DNA from: Chthoniobacterales bacterium
Lineage (GTDB): Bacteria; Verrucomicrobiota; Verrucomicrobiia; Chthoniobacterales; UBA6821
Direction: 5' to 3'
Length of the DNA: 62,724 bases
Assembly (NCBI GenBank): GCA_044236545.1
Contig: JBIIGI010000005.1
Location: 1 to 62,724, forward strand
Both the position numbers and the translations under genes were made by a program. Below the pieces are notes generated by a model, which saw nothing but the letters and a program-made list of their open reading frames with translations, ran no database searches and was not told the DNA's origin. This document shows, in pieces, positions 16,908 through 25,070 of the stretch (positions are counted from its first letter, which is position 1; every line of letters starts with the position of its first letter).

Positions 16908-17549
16908 GTGAATCACGATCAACACAATCACAAGCAGGAGTGCGGTGGAGGGGAATCCTCCGCGAACTCCGGCGCGCCCCTCTCCCCCTGGCTCGTCGGG
17001 GCCTTCATTGTCGCAATCTTCTGGGGTGGCTTCTACCTCGCCTTCAACAGCGGCGGGTTCCGCCAGGATGTCTACGAGTCCAACGCGGTGAGTTGGGCCG
17101 GCGGCGGCACGCAGGCCGCCGCGCCCGTCGATCCCAAGGTCGTCGGCAAGCGCCTCTACAGCCAGAACTGCGTCGTCTGCCACCAGGCCAACGGACAGGG
17201 TGTGGCCGGTCAGTTTCCTCCCCTTGCCGGAAGCGAATGGGTCAACGGCGGCGACAAGCAGGGTGAGAACCATCTCGTCCTGCTGATGCTCCACGGCCAT
17301 CAGGGGCCGATGCAGGTCATGGGTGCCAACTACAACAATGCCATGCCGCAGTGGAAGCAGCTCAGCGACGACCAGATCGCCTCGATCCTCACCTACATCC
17401 GCTCGGATTGGGGGAACAAGGCCTCCGCCGTCGACCCGGCTTTCGTCGCGAGCCTCCGCAAGGAGCACGCGGCCCAGAGCGAGGCCTGGACCCAGGCCCA
17501 GTTGCTGGCCATCCCTCCCGTCAAAGGCACCCAGGCCCCCGCCAAATAA
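16908..17549 (+). CDS. membrane-anchored class I cytochrome c
   Basis: GTG start, 213 aa. TM WLVGAFIVAIFWGGFYLAF. CVVCHQANGQG haem motif and a distal MPQW Met region. Confidence 0.8.
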   Translation: MNHDQHNHKQECGGGESSANSGAPLSPWLVGAFIVAIFWGGFYLAFNSGGFRQDVYESNAVSWAGGGTQAAAPVDPKVVGKRLYSQNCVVCHQANGQGVAGQFPPLAGSEWVNGGDKQGENHLVLLMLHGHQGPMQVMGANYNNAMPQWKQLSDDQIASILTYIRSDWGNKASAVDPAFVASLRKEHAAQSEAWTQAQLLAIPPVKGTQAPAK

Positions 17550-17558
17550 GTTCACACG

Positions 17559-18494
17559 ATGAGAGAGTTTTCCTTCCGCCGCCCGTTCACCCGGATCCTC
17601 TCCGGGGCGTTCCTGCTGCTGCCGGTGCTGGCGGCCTCCTCGCTCATGGCGGAGCAGCGCTCCGGCAATGTCTACCTCCTTCCTCCCTGCGTCACGACAG
17701 TCGGCGAGCAGATCGACGACCTGATCAAGATCATCTTCTGGCTCTGCGCCGCGATCTTCGTGCTGACCCAGGTCACCTACGTCTACTACCTCATCAAGTA
17801 CCGCCGCCGTCCCGGAGTTCCCGCCCACTACAGCCACGGGAACAACACGCTGGAGATCATCTGGACCACCGCCCCGACCCTCGTCTTCCTGGCGCTCGCG
17901 ATCTACGGCAACCGCATCTGGGAGAATATCCACCGTCCCGCGCCCGAGAACTCGCTCGTCATCGATGTCTCCAGCTACCAGTTCGGCTGGGACATGCGCT
18001 ATCCCGGCATCAGCGGGAAACTCGCCCCCATGGATGTCCGCAAGATCGGCCCCGAGAACCGCTTCGGAACTGATCCGGAAAACCCGCTCACCGCGCAGGA
18101 TGTGGTGGCGCCCGAACTGGTCATTCCGGTCGGCAGGCCCGTCCATCTCCTGCTCCACGCCCGCGACGTGATCCACTCCTTCTACGTTCCCGAGTTCCGC
18201 CTCTATCAGGACTGCGTTCCGGGCCGCACGATCGGCTGGGTCTGGTTCCAGGCCACCCGCACGGGCGAGTTCCAGCTGGCCTGCAACCAACTCTGTGGAA
18301 CCGGTCACTACAACATGAAGGCGCCGATCCGTGTGGTCACCGAAGAGGAGTTCCAGAAATGGCTGACCCCCCGTCAGCAGAAGAACGCCGGCCCGGCACA
18401 GCCTGCTCCTTCAGCGCCTTCAGCCCCCCAGGCCGCTTCCACGGCTCCAAAGGCCGCCACCTTGACCGCATCTCCCGCAAAGAATACCCTCTAA
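17559..18494 (+). CDS. coxB: cytochrome c oxidase subunit II (CuA; no fused cytochrome c domain)
   Basis: 311 aa. CuA ligands HSFYVPEF ... CNQLCGTGHYNM. No CxxCH anywhere in the product. Confidence 0.9.
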   Translation: MREFSFRRPFTRILSGAFLLLPVLAASSLMAEQRSGNVYLLPPCVTTVGEQIDDLIKIIFWLCAAIFVLTQVTYVYYLIKYRRRPGVPAHYSHGNNTLEIIWTTAPTLVFLALAIYGNRIWENIHRPAPENSLVIDVSSYQFGWDMRYPGISGKLAPMDVRKIGPENRFGTDPENPLTAQDVVAPELVIPVGRPVHLLLHARDVIHSFYVPEFRLYQDCVPGRTIGWVWFQATRTGEFQLACNQLCGTGHYNMKAPIRVVTEEEFQKWLTPRQQKNAGPAQPAPSAPSAPQAASTAPKAATLTASPAKNTL

Positions 18495-18498
18495 GCCC

Positions 18499-20274
18499 AT
18501 GAGCGCTTCCGTCACCGCCGACAGTCACGCAGCCCACGCCCACCATGGCGATGACCATGGCCACGGCAAGCCCGGGATCATGCACTGGATCTGGAACACC
18601 GACCACAAGGTGATCGCGATGCAGTTCCTCGTCTCGGCTGTCTTTTTCCTGCTCATCGGCGGGGCCATGGCCGTGGCGATGCGCTGGCAGTTGGGTTTCC
18701 CGGGTCATCCGATCCCCGTTCTCGGACATCTTCTTCCCTCCGGCATCGTCAATGACGAGGGAGCGATCATGCCCAGCGGCTACAACGTGCTCGTGACCAT
18801 GCACGGGACGATCCTCGTCTTCTTTGTCGCGATGCCTCTCCTCATCGGCGTCTTCGGCAACTTCCTCATCCCGCTCAAGATCGGCGCCGGTGACATGGCA
18901 TTTCCCGCCCTCAACGAGTTGAGCTACTGGCTCTTCGCGCTCTCCGGCGTGATCATGATGGCCTCCTTCTGGGTGCCGGGCGGCGCTCCCGGCACGGGTT
19001 GGACCGGCTATGCCCCTCTCAGTAGTGTGGCCGCCTACAACCAGACCCCGATGGGACAGACGCTCTGGTGCGTGGCTCTCTTCATCAACGGACTCTCCTC
19101 GCTGACCGGAGCCGTCAACTACATCACCACCGTGATCACGATGCGCGCCCCCGGGATGACGATGTTCCGGATGCCGCTTCCTGTCTGGGCGATCTTCCTG
19201 ACAGCGATCCTGCTCATCCTCGCGATCCCCGTCCTCTCTGCTGCGGCCGCACTCATCATCTTCGACCTGAATCTCGGAACCAGCTTCTACAGGCCCCAGG
19301 GTGGCGGGCAGCCGCTGCTCTGGCAGCATCTCTTCTGGTTCTTCGGCCACCCCGAGGTCTACATCCTGATCCTCCCGGCGATGGGTCTGACCTCCGAGAT
19401 CCTCTCGGTGAACTCCCGCAAGCCGGTCTTCGGCTACAAGGCGATGGTCTGGGCGATGATCGCGATCGGCGTCCTCGGCTTCATCGTCTGGGGACACCAC
19501 ATGTATGTCAGCGGCATGAACCTGACCCTCAGCGCCGCCTTCTCCGTCTCGACGATGGTCATCGCGGTGCCGAGCGCCATCAAGACCTTCAACTGGATGG
19601 GCACCATCTGGCGCGGATCGATCCACTACACCGTCCCGATGGCCTTTGCGGTCGCCTTCGTCTCGATGTTCGTGATCGGCGGCCTCTCCGGCATCTTCAT
19701 GGCCTCCACGCCGGTCGACCTCTTCGTACACCACACCTACTTCATTGTCGCCCACTTCCACTACGTCCTCTTCGGCGGATCGATGTTCGCGATCTTCTCG
19801 GCGGTCTACTTCTGGTTCCCCAAGATGACGGGCAGGATGTTCGACAACACCCTCGGTTGGATCCACTTCTGGATGACCTTTGTCTTCTTCAACCTCACCT
19901 TCTTCCCGATGCACAACCTCGGCCTCGGCGGCATGATGCGCCGCATCGCCGACCCGACCGTCTACGACTGCCTGCGCCAGCTTCAGCCGCTCAACGTGGT
20001 CTGCACGATCGGCGCGATCGGACTCGGATTGGCAACGATCCCCTTTGTGGTGAATCTCGTCATGAGCCTCCGCAAGGCTCCCGACGCGCCGGCCAATCCC
20101 TGGAACTCGACCACCCTCGAGTGGACGCTCTCCCATCCGATCCAGCATGGGAACTTCCCAGTCACGCCGACCGTCTACCACGGCCCCTACGAGTACAGCG
20201 TGCCCGGTCTTCAGAAGGACTTCCTCCCGCAGAACGAGAAGGCTCCCGCCCACGTCACGCTGGAGGCCCACTGA
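18499..20274 (+). CDS. coxA: cytochrome c oxidase subunit I (haem-copper oxidase, A-type)
   Basis: 591 aa. WFFGHPEVYILILP, GFIVWGHHMY and HHTYFIVAHFHYVLFGG are classic subunit I ligand motifs. Confidence 0.95.
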   Translation: MSASVTADSHAAHAHHGDDHGHGKPGIMHWIWNTDHKVIAMQFLVSAVFFLLIGGAMAVAMRWQLGFPGHPIPVLGHLLPSGIVNDEGAIMPSGYNVLVTMHGTILVFFVAMPLLIGVFGNFLIPLKIGAGDMAFPALNELSYWLFALSGVIMMASFWVPGGAPGTGWTGYAPLSSVAAYNQTPMGQTLWCVALFINGLSSLTGAVNYITTVITMRAPGMTMFRMPLPVWAIFLTAILLILAIPVLSAAAALIIFDLNLGTSFYRPQGGGQPLLWQHLFWFFGHPEVYILILPAMGLTSEILSVNSRKPVFGYKAMVWAMIAIGVLGFIVWGHHMYVSGMNLTLSAAFSVSTMVIAVPSAIKTFNWMGTIWRGSIHYTVPMAFAVAFVSMFVIGGLSGIFMASTPVDLFVHHTYFIVAHFHYVLFGGSMFAIFSAVYFWFPKMTGRMFDNTLGWIHFWMTFVFFNLTFFPMHNLGLGGMMRRIADPTVYDCLRQLQPLNVVCTIGAIGLGLATIPFVVNLVMSLRKAPDAPANPWNSTTLEWTLSHPIQHGNFPVTPTVYHGPYEYSVPGLQKDFLPQNEKAPAHVTLEAH

Positions 20275-20282
20275 GTCCCGCC

Positions 20283-21326
20283 ATGGGCCCGGGCACCGTG
20301 GAAGCCACGAACTCCGGCGCCGGGAACCCGCGCCTGACGGGATCCCGGGCGGTTCACCGCATCGCGCTATTCGGCGCACTGAGCACCTTCCTGCTCATCG
20401 TCGTGGGGGGACTCGTCACCTCAAAGGGAGTCGGCATGTCGGTGCCCGACTGGCCGACCACCTACGGCTACAACATGTTCCTCTATCCCTACTCGAAGTG
20501 GGTGGGGGGCATCTTCTGGGAACACTCCCACCGTCTCATCGCCTCGGGCGTGGGGTTGATCGCCCTCATCCTTGCCGCCGTCGCTCTCTGGAAAGAAGGA
20601 CGCACCTGGGTCAAGTGGCTCACGATCGCCGCCGTGATCCTGGTATGCCTGCAGGGGCTCCTGGGTGGGCTGCGAGTGACACTCTACAAGGATCAGATCG
20701 GGATCTTCCACGCGCTGCTGGCCCAGAGCTTCTTCGGTCTGCTGCTGATCATCACCGCCGTCACCGGCCGTGGCTTCCTGGCCGGAAAGTGGACGCGTGA
20801 TCCGGCGTCCGGATCACTCCGGTGGCTCTGCGTGGCGGCCCTGCTGCTCACCTACTTCCAGTTGGGTGTCGCCGCGACCATCCGTCATCAGCACGCACCG
20901 CTTGCGATCCGTGACTTTCCCGCCGCCTACGGCACGCTGATCCCTGCTACCGATTCCGCCTCCTTGGCGACGATCAATGCACAGCGTGCCGCCGACCGGA
21001 TCGCTCCCGTCAGCGCAGGGCAGATCCACCTCCAGCTTATCCACCGCGCCGGGGCCGTTGTCCTCTTTATCGTCGTCCTGATTTTCTCGGCCAAGGCCCT
21101 GCAGGTGACGCCGCTCGGTCACTGGCTTCGCGGATGGAGTCTCCTCTGGGTCGGCGCGATCCTGCTCCAGATCCTGCTGGGCGGAATGACCATCTGGTTC
21201 AACAAGGCGGCCGATGTCGCCACGACACACATGGCGCTCGGTGCACTGCTCACGGGATTTGTCATCCTGCTCACCTTCCGGCTTTTCTGCTCCGCGGAGG
21301 GGCACACCCGCCCCGTCACGGCATGA
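20283..21326 (+). CDS. ctaA: haem A synthase (COX15/CtaA family)
   Basis: In-frame ATG 20283 inside ORF 19068..21326. VGGLVTSKGVGMSVPDWPTTYGYNMF, EHSHRLIASG and HRAGAV motifs. Polytopic membrane protein. Confidence 0.85.
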   Translation: MGPGTVEATNSGAGNPRLTGSRAVHRIALFGALSTFLLIVVGGLVTSKGVGMSVPDWPTTYGYNMFLYPYSKWVGGIFWEHSHRLIASGVGLIALILAAVALWKEGRTWVKWLTIAAVILVCLQGLLGGLRVTLYKDQIGIFHALLAQSFFGLLLIITAVTGRGFLAGKWTRDPASGSLRWLCVAALLLTYFQLGVAATIRHQHAPLAIRDFPAAYGTLIPATDSASLATINAQRAADRIAPVSAGQIHLQLIHRAGAVVLFIVVLIFSAKALQVTPLGHWLRGWSLLWVGAILLQILLGGMTIWFNKAADVATTHMALGALLTGFVILLTFRLFCSAEGHTRPVTA

Positions 21327-22222
21327 GTGCTGATTCCACCACCCCCGCCACCAACGAGGCCAAGCAGGCCACGATCCTTTCCGATCTCGGGGAGCTCTCC
21401 AAGGCGCGCCTCTCCCTGCTGGTCCTGCTGACAACTCTGGTCGGCTTCCTGCTCGGATGGCACGGCCCGATGGATTACATCCTCCTGGGCGCCACGCTGA
21501 TCGGGACGGCCCTCAGCGCCGCCGGTGCCTCCGCGCTCAATCAGTGGCTCGAGCGCGACCTCGATGCCCTGATGCCGCGCACCCTCGACCGGCCGCTTCC
21601 CGCGCGCAGGATGCATCCCTCCGATGCCTTGCTCTTCGGCCTGCTCTGCTCAGGCAGCGGGGTGGCCCTGCTGGCCCTGATGGTCAATCCGATCACGGCG
21701 TTCCTCTCCTTCCTGACCATTCTAATATACGCCGCCCTCTACACGCCGCTCAAGCGCGTGAGCGAGCTCAATACGCTGCTCGGGGCGGTGCCGGGAGCCC
21801 TGCCTCCGCTCCTCGGATGGACTGCCGCCACGGGCCACACGGGACTCGGCGGATGGTTGCTTTTCCTGATCCTCTGGTTCTGGCAGATGCCCCATTTTCT
21901 TGCGATCGCCTGGCTCTATCGCGACCAGTATGCCGCCGCGGGATTCCGGATGCTCAGCACGCGCGATCCCGAGGGTTGGGCCACTTCCTGGCAGTCGCTC
22001 ATCTATGCCGCCGCCCTGCTTGCGGTCTCCCTCCTTCCGGGACTCTTCGGGTATGCCTCCCCGTGGTATTTCTTCGCGGCCCTGGCCCTGGGGGCGGCGA
22101 TGCTCTTCCTGGCGGGGGATTTCGTGAGAACACGGACGGCCGCATCGGCGCGGAGGTTGTTTTTCGCCTCGATCATCTACCTCCCGCTCCTCCTCGGAGC
22201 CCTCGTCGCCTTCCGACTCTAA
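21323..22222 (+). CDS. ctaB: protohaem IX farnesyltransferase (haem O synthase)
   Basis: ATG 21323 (ATGA overlap with ctaA). NQWLERDLDALMPRTLDRPLP and YTPLKRVS are UbiA-type prenyltransferase motifs. Confidence 0.9.
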   Translation: MSADSTTPATNEAKQATILSDLGELSKARLSLLVLLTTLVGFLLGWHGPMDYILLGATLIGTALSAAGASALNQWLERDLDALMPRTLDRPLPARRMHPSDALLFGLLCSGSGVALLALMVNPITAFLSFLTILIYAALYTPLKRVSELNTLLGAVPGALPPLLGWTAATGHTGLGGWLLFLILWFWQMPHFLAIAWLYRDQYAAAGFRMLSTRDPEGWATSWQSLIYAAALLAVSLLPGLFGYASPWYFFAALALGAAMLFLAGDFVRTRTAASARRLFFASIIYLPLLLGALVAFRL

Positions 22223-22242
22223 GATACCACTGATTTCATCCC

Positions 22243-22365
22243 ATGACCGCACCGAGACGACGTCACCAATACCTGATCCTGGCCGGATTGTTGCTTTTTG
22301 CGCTCGCCCTCTGTGCCCTGGTCGTGGTCATGATGTTACGCCGCGGCCCAGCCGTGGCTTATTGA
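22243..22365 (+). CDS. possible 40-aa single-TM peptide between ctaB and coxC
   Basis: Hand translation: MTAPRRRHQYLILAGLLLFALALCALVVVMMLRRGPAVAY*. It is below the ORF-track size cut-off. It has positive-inside flanks around one TM. The only support is position and topology. Confidence 0.3.
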   Translation: MTAPRRRHQYLILAGLLLFALALCALVVVMMLRRGPAVAY

Positions 22366-22387
22366 TTTCCGATCGATTTTTCCCAAG

Positions 22388-23041
22388 ATGAACCAAGCCG
22401 CCTACAACGACGCTTCCCTCTTCCACGCACCGCAGCCCGAGGCGCATGACGATCATGCCCACGCGCACCCGCCGACACCCCCCTCGATCTGCAAGCTCGG
22501 CACGATCATCTTCCTCTGCTCCGAGGCGATGCTCTTCGGCGGGCTCATCTCCGCCTACCTCGTCCTGAGGCAGGCTGCGGGATGCTGGCCCCCCGATTTC
22601 GGCGACGGCATCCATCTTCCTCCGATGCCCAAGCTCCTCACCGGCATCAACACGGTGATTCTCGTCGGCAGTTCCTTCGCCTACCACTTCGCCGAAGTGG
22701 CGGTGAAGAAGGGCAAGTCCGGCGCGGGTTGGATTCTTACCGCGGCGCTCATGGGTGCGACCTTTGTCGGCATCCAGTGCATCGAGTGGACCGAGCTCTA
22801 CCACGAGGGGCTCTGGTTCAACAAGGGGGGCATCTACGGATCGACCTTCTTTGCCCTCACCGGATTCCATGGCGCCCACGTCTGCATCGGCGTGCTGCTG
22901 ATCCTCTGGTGCTTCTATCTTCAGGTCACCAAGCGCTTCTTCACGCCGCAGCGCCACGTCGCCCTCGAGAATGTCGGTCTCTACTGGCACTTCGTCGATG
23001 TGGTCTGGGTCTTCCTCTACGTGATCCTCTATCTCGTCTGA
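22388..23041 (+). CDS. coxC: cytochrome c oxidase subunit III
   Basis: 217 aa. Motifs FFALTGFHGAHVCIGVLLIL and YWHFVDVVWVFLY. Confidence 0.9.
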   Translation: MNQAAYNDASLFHAPQPEAHDDHAHAHPPTPPSICKLGTIIFLCSEAMLFGGLISAYLVLRQAAGCWPPDFGDGIHLPPMPKLLTGINTVILVGSSFAYHFAEVAVKKGKSGAGWILTAALMGATFVGIQCIEWTELYHEGLWFNKGGIYGSTFFALTGFHGAHVCIGVLLILWCFYLQVTKRFFTPQRHVALENVGLYWHFVDVVWVFLYVILYLV

Positions 23042-23054
23042 TCAGGGACATCCC

Positions 23055-23699
23055 GTGAGCAAGCAACCGCAGCGCCTGCCTCTCACGGCATGGGTCGTTG
23101 CGTTTCTGGTGGCGGTCGTGCTGATCACGGCGGCCGCAAGGATTTTCAAGGCCTCCGAGCGCCGGGACATCGAGGAGACGGCCCCGCTCGGGAATGTGCC
23201 CGAGTTCCGCTTCACCACCCAGGAGGGGAAGCCGCTGACCCGCGCCGACCTGCTAGGGAAGGTCTGGGTCGTCGACTTCTTCTTCACCCGCTGCCCCGGC
23301 CCCTGCCCGGTGATGACTTCCCGCATGGCGGAGGTTTCCCGGGCCCTGAACAAGACCAAGGATGTGCGCCTTGTCTCCGTGTCGATTGATCCGACCCACG
23401 ACACCCCCGAAGTGCTGGCGCAGTACGCTTCACGCCTGAATGCCGATCCCGGGCGCTGGATCTTCCTGACCGGCCCGCAGAAGGAGATCGAGGACTTCAC
23501 CCAGCGCGGGATGCTTCAGGTGCTGGCCAAGGATCCCAACAACGTCCCGACCCACTCGACCCGCTTCCTCGTGATCGACCGCGAGGGGAGGATCCGCAAG
23601 AGCCGGAACCTCGATGAGCCCGAACTGGTCCAGAAGCTTTTCATGGACATCGGGGGACTGCTCAGGGAACCTATCTCAGGAACCGCTTCCCCGAAATAA
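23055..23699 (+). CDS. SCO1/SenC copper chaperone (thioredoxin fold)
   Basis: GTG start. TM anchor. FFFTRCPGPCP CxxxC motif and a distal HS(TRF) His region. Confidence 0.88.
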   Translation: MSKQPQRLPLTAWVVAFLVAVVLITAAARIFKASERRDIEETAPLGNVPEFRFTTQEGKPLTRADLLGKVWVVDFFFTRCPGPCPVMTSRMAEVSRALNKTKDVRLVSVSIDPTHDTPEVLAQYASRLNADPGRWIFLTGPQKEIEDFTQRGMLQVLAKDPNNVPTHSTRFLVIDREGRIRKSRNLDEPELVQKLFMDIGGLLREPISGTASPK

Positions 23700-23720
23700 C
23701 CCCGGGGACGCACGCTTGCC

Positions 23721-23993
23721 ATGAACCTCGCCAAGATTCTCACTGCCGCTCTCTGGTTCGCCGCCATCACGGTGGCGGGTGCCTGCCCTGATTGCGCCCT
23801 CAAGAGTTCAGGCGGCCTGATCGAGCCGCAGACCATGACCTCCAAGATGGCTTTCTCCTCCAGCACGCTGCTCCTGCTCGGCCTCGTTTTTACGGTGATC
23901 GGACTCATGGTCGCCTACCTGATCAGCTATTGCCGTCAGTACGATCGCTTCCGTGAGTATGAGGCCCGGCGGGAGGCGCGGGCCGACGCATGA
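23721..23993 (+). CDS. small exported/membrane protein with CPDC motif
   Basis: 90 aa. Signal-like N-terminus, GACPDCALK, and a second TM (LLLLGLVFTVIGLMVAYLI). ATGA overlap with the next gene. Confidence 0.5.
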   Translation: MNLAKILTAALWFAAITVAGACPDCALKSSGGLIEPQTMTSKMAFSSSTLLLLGLVFTVIGLMVAYLISYCRQYDRFREYEARREARADA

Positions 23994-24427
23994 ACGTCAA
24001 CAATCTCCCGGCGGTCAACGCCACGCTCAACAGCCTCAGCACCCTGCTGATCCTGACCGGCTGGGTCATGATCCGGACGGAACGGAAGGTGGCCCACGCC
24101 GCCTGCATGATCGGGGCGATCCTTACCTCGGCCGCCTTCCTGGCCTGCTATCTGGTCTATCATTTCCTGAAGGCGGGACATGTCACCCACTTCGCCTACC
24201 CGGGTTGGCCCAAGGCCCTCTACTTCTTCATCCTGGGGACCCACACGCCCCTAGCGATCATTGCACTCCCCCTGATCATCCTGACCGTGATCCCCGCGAT
24301 CCGTCGCCGTTTCGAGGCCCACAAGCGGATGGCCCGCTGGACGCTTCCCGTCTGGCTCTACGTCTCGGTGACCGGGGTTCTCGTCTACTTCATGCTCTAC
24401 GTATGGTTTCCATCCGCGAAGATCTGA
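23990..24427 (+). CDS. DUF420-family membrane protein (oxidase-cluster associated, CtaM-like)
   Basis: 145 aa with four TM helices. NATLNSLSTLLILTGWVMIR..H..CM and HKRMARWTLPVWLYVSVTGVLVY resemble DUF420. Confidence 0.75.
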   Translation: MNVNNLPAVNATLNSLSTLLILTGWVMIRTERKVAHAACMIGAILTSAAFLACYLVYHFLKAGHVTHFAYPGWPKALYFFILGTHTPLAIIALPLIILTVIPAIRRRFEAHKRMARWTLPVWLYVSVTGVLVYFMLYVWFPSAKI

Positions 24428-24474
24428 CCGGGCAGAACCGCCCGCCTGCGGGATCGGGTATCGAGCGCACGGGG

Positions 24475-24945
24475 ATGCTCGATGCCTTCGCCCATGACAC
24501 CCGCGAGGATATCCTCGTCCTCGCCATGTTTGAGACGCGTCCCTGGGAGCATGGTGAGCGCCAGTTATGGCAGCTCCAGGAGAAGCTCAATGCCTACGTT
24601 TCGTTCATCCTCGACGGCGAGATGAAGGAGAACTTCCCCCACCTTGCGGGGAAACCCGTCCGCATCGAACTGCGCACCTCCCACGAACCCTCGGAGCGGG
24701 CTCTCGGTTTCCTTGGGCGCGCCCGGGACCAGCTTGGACTCCAGCAGATCGGCCTCGAGGTCGTCCTGATCGGGGAGCAGGTCGAGGGCTGCTGCGGAGG
24801 AGGAGCCTCCCAAGGCGGCTGCTGCGGGGGTGGTTCTTCCGGGCAGGAGTCCGAAGTTCATGATCAGGGCGGTTGTTGCGGCGGCGCATCCGCCCCGTCA
24901 TCCGAAACCCGCCGACCCGAGGGTGGGTGCTGCGGCGGCCACTGA
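24475..24945 (+). CDS. hypothetical protein with C-terminal (G-C-C-G-G)x4 cysteine-pair repeat tail
   Basis: In-frame ATG 24475 within ORF 23953..24945. Soluble N-domain (MLDAFAHDTREDILVLAMFETRPWEHGERQLWQLQEKLNAYVSFILDGEMKENFPHLAGKPVRIELR...). The tail is VEGCCGGGASQGGCCGGGSSGQESEVHDQGGCCGGASAPSSETRRPEGGCCGGH. Confidence 0.6.
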   Translation: MLDAFAHDTREDILVLAMFETRPWEHGERQLWQLQEKLNAYVSFILDGEMKENFPHLAGKPVRIELRTSHEPSERALGFLGRARDQLGLQQIGLEVVLIGEQVEGCCGGGASQGGCCGGGSSGQESEVHDQGGCCGGASAPSSETRRPEGGCCGGH

Positions 24946-25070
24946 GTGGAAGGAAAAAGGCAGAATGAATAAGGAAAAAACGGGCGCCGCCGATATCTTC
25001 CCCGTGCATCCAGCACGAACCCCTTCCCAGCTCCTGAGCGCCTGAGTTTCGTCATCATTTCAATCCCGTC

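Noticed and set aside
14705-20379. Long antisense ORFs 14705..16132 (-), 16902..18308 (-) and 18337..20379 (-) across the oxidase genes
   Set aside because: They lie opposite conserved CcoN-like, CoxB and CoxA genes. Their D/E/G/R/H-rich composition has no recognisable domains.
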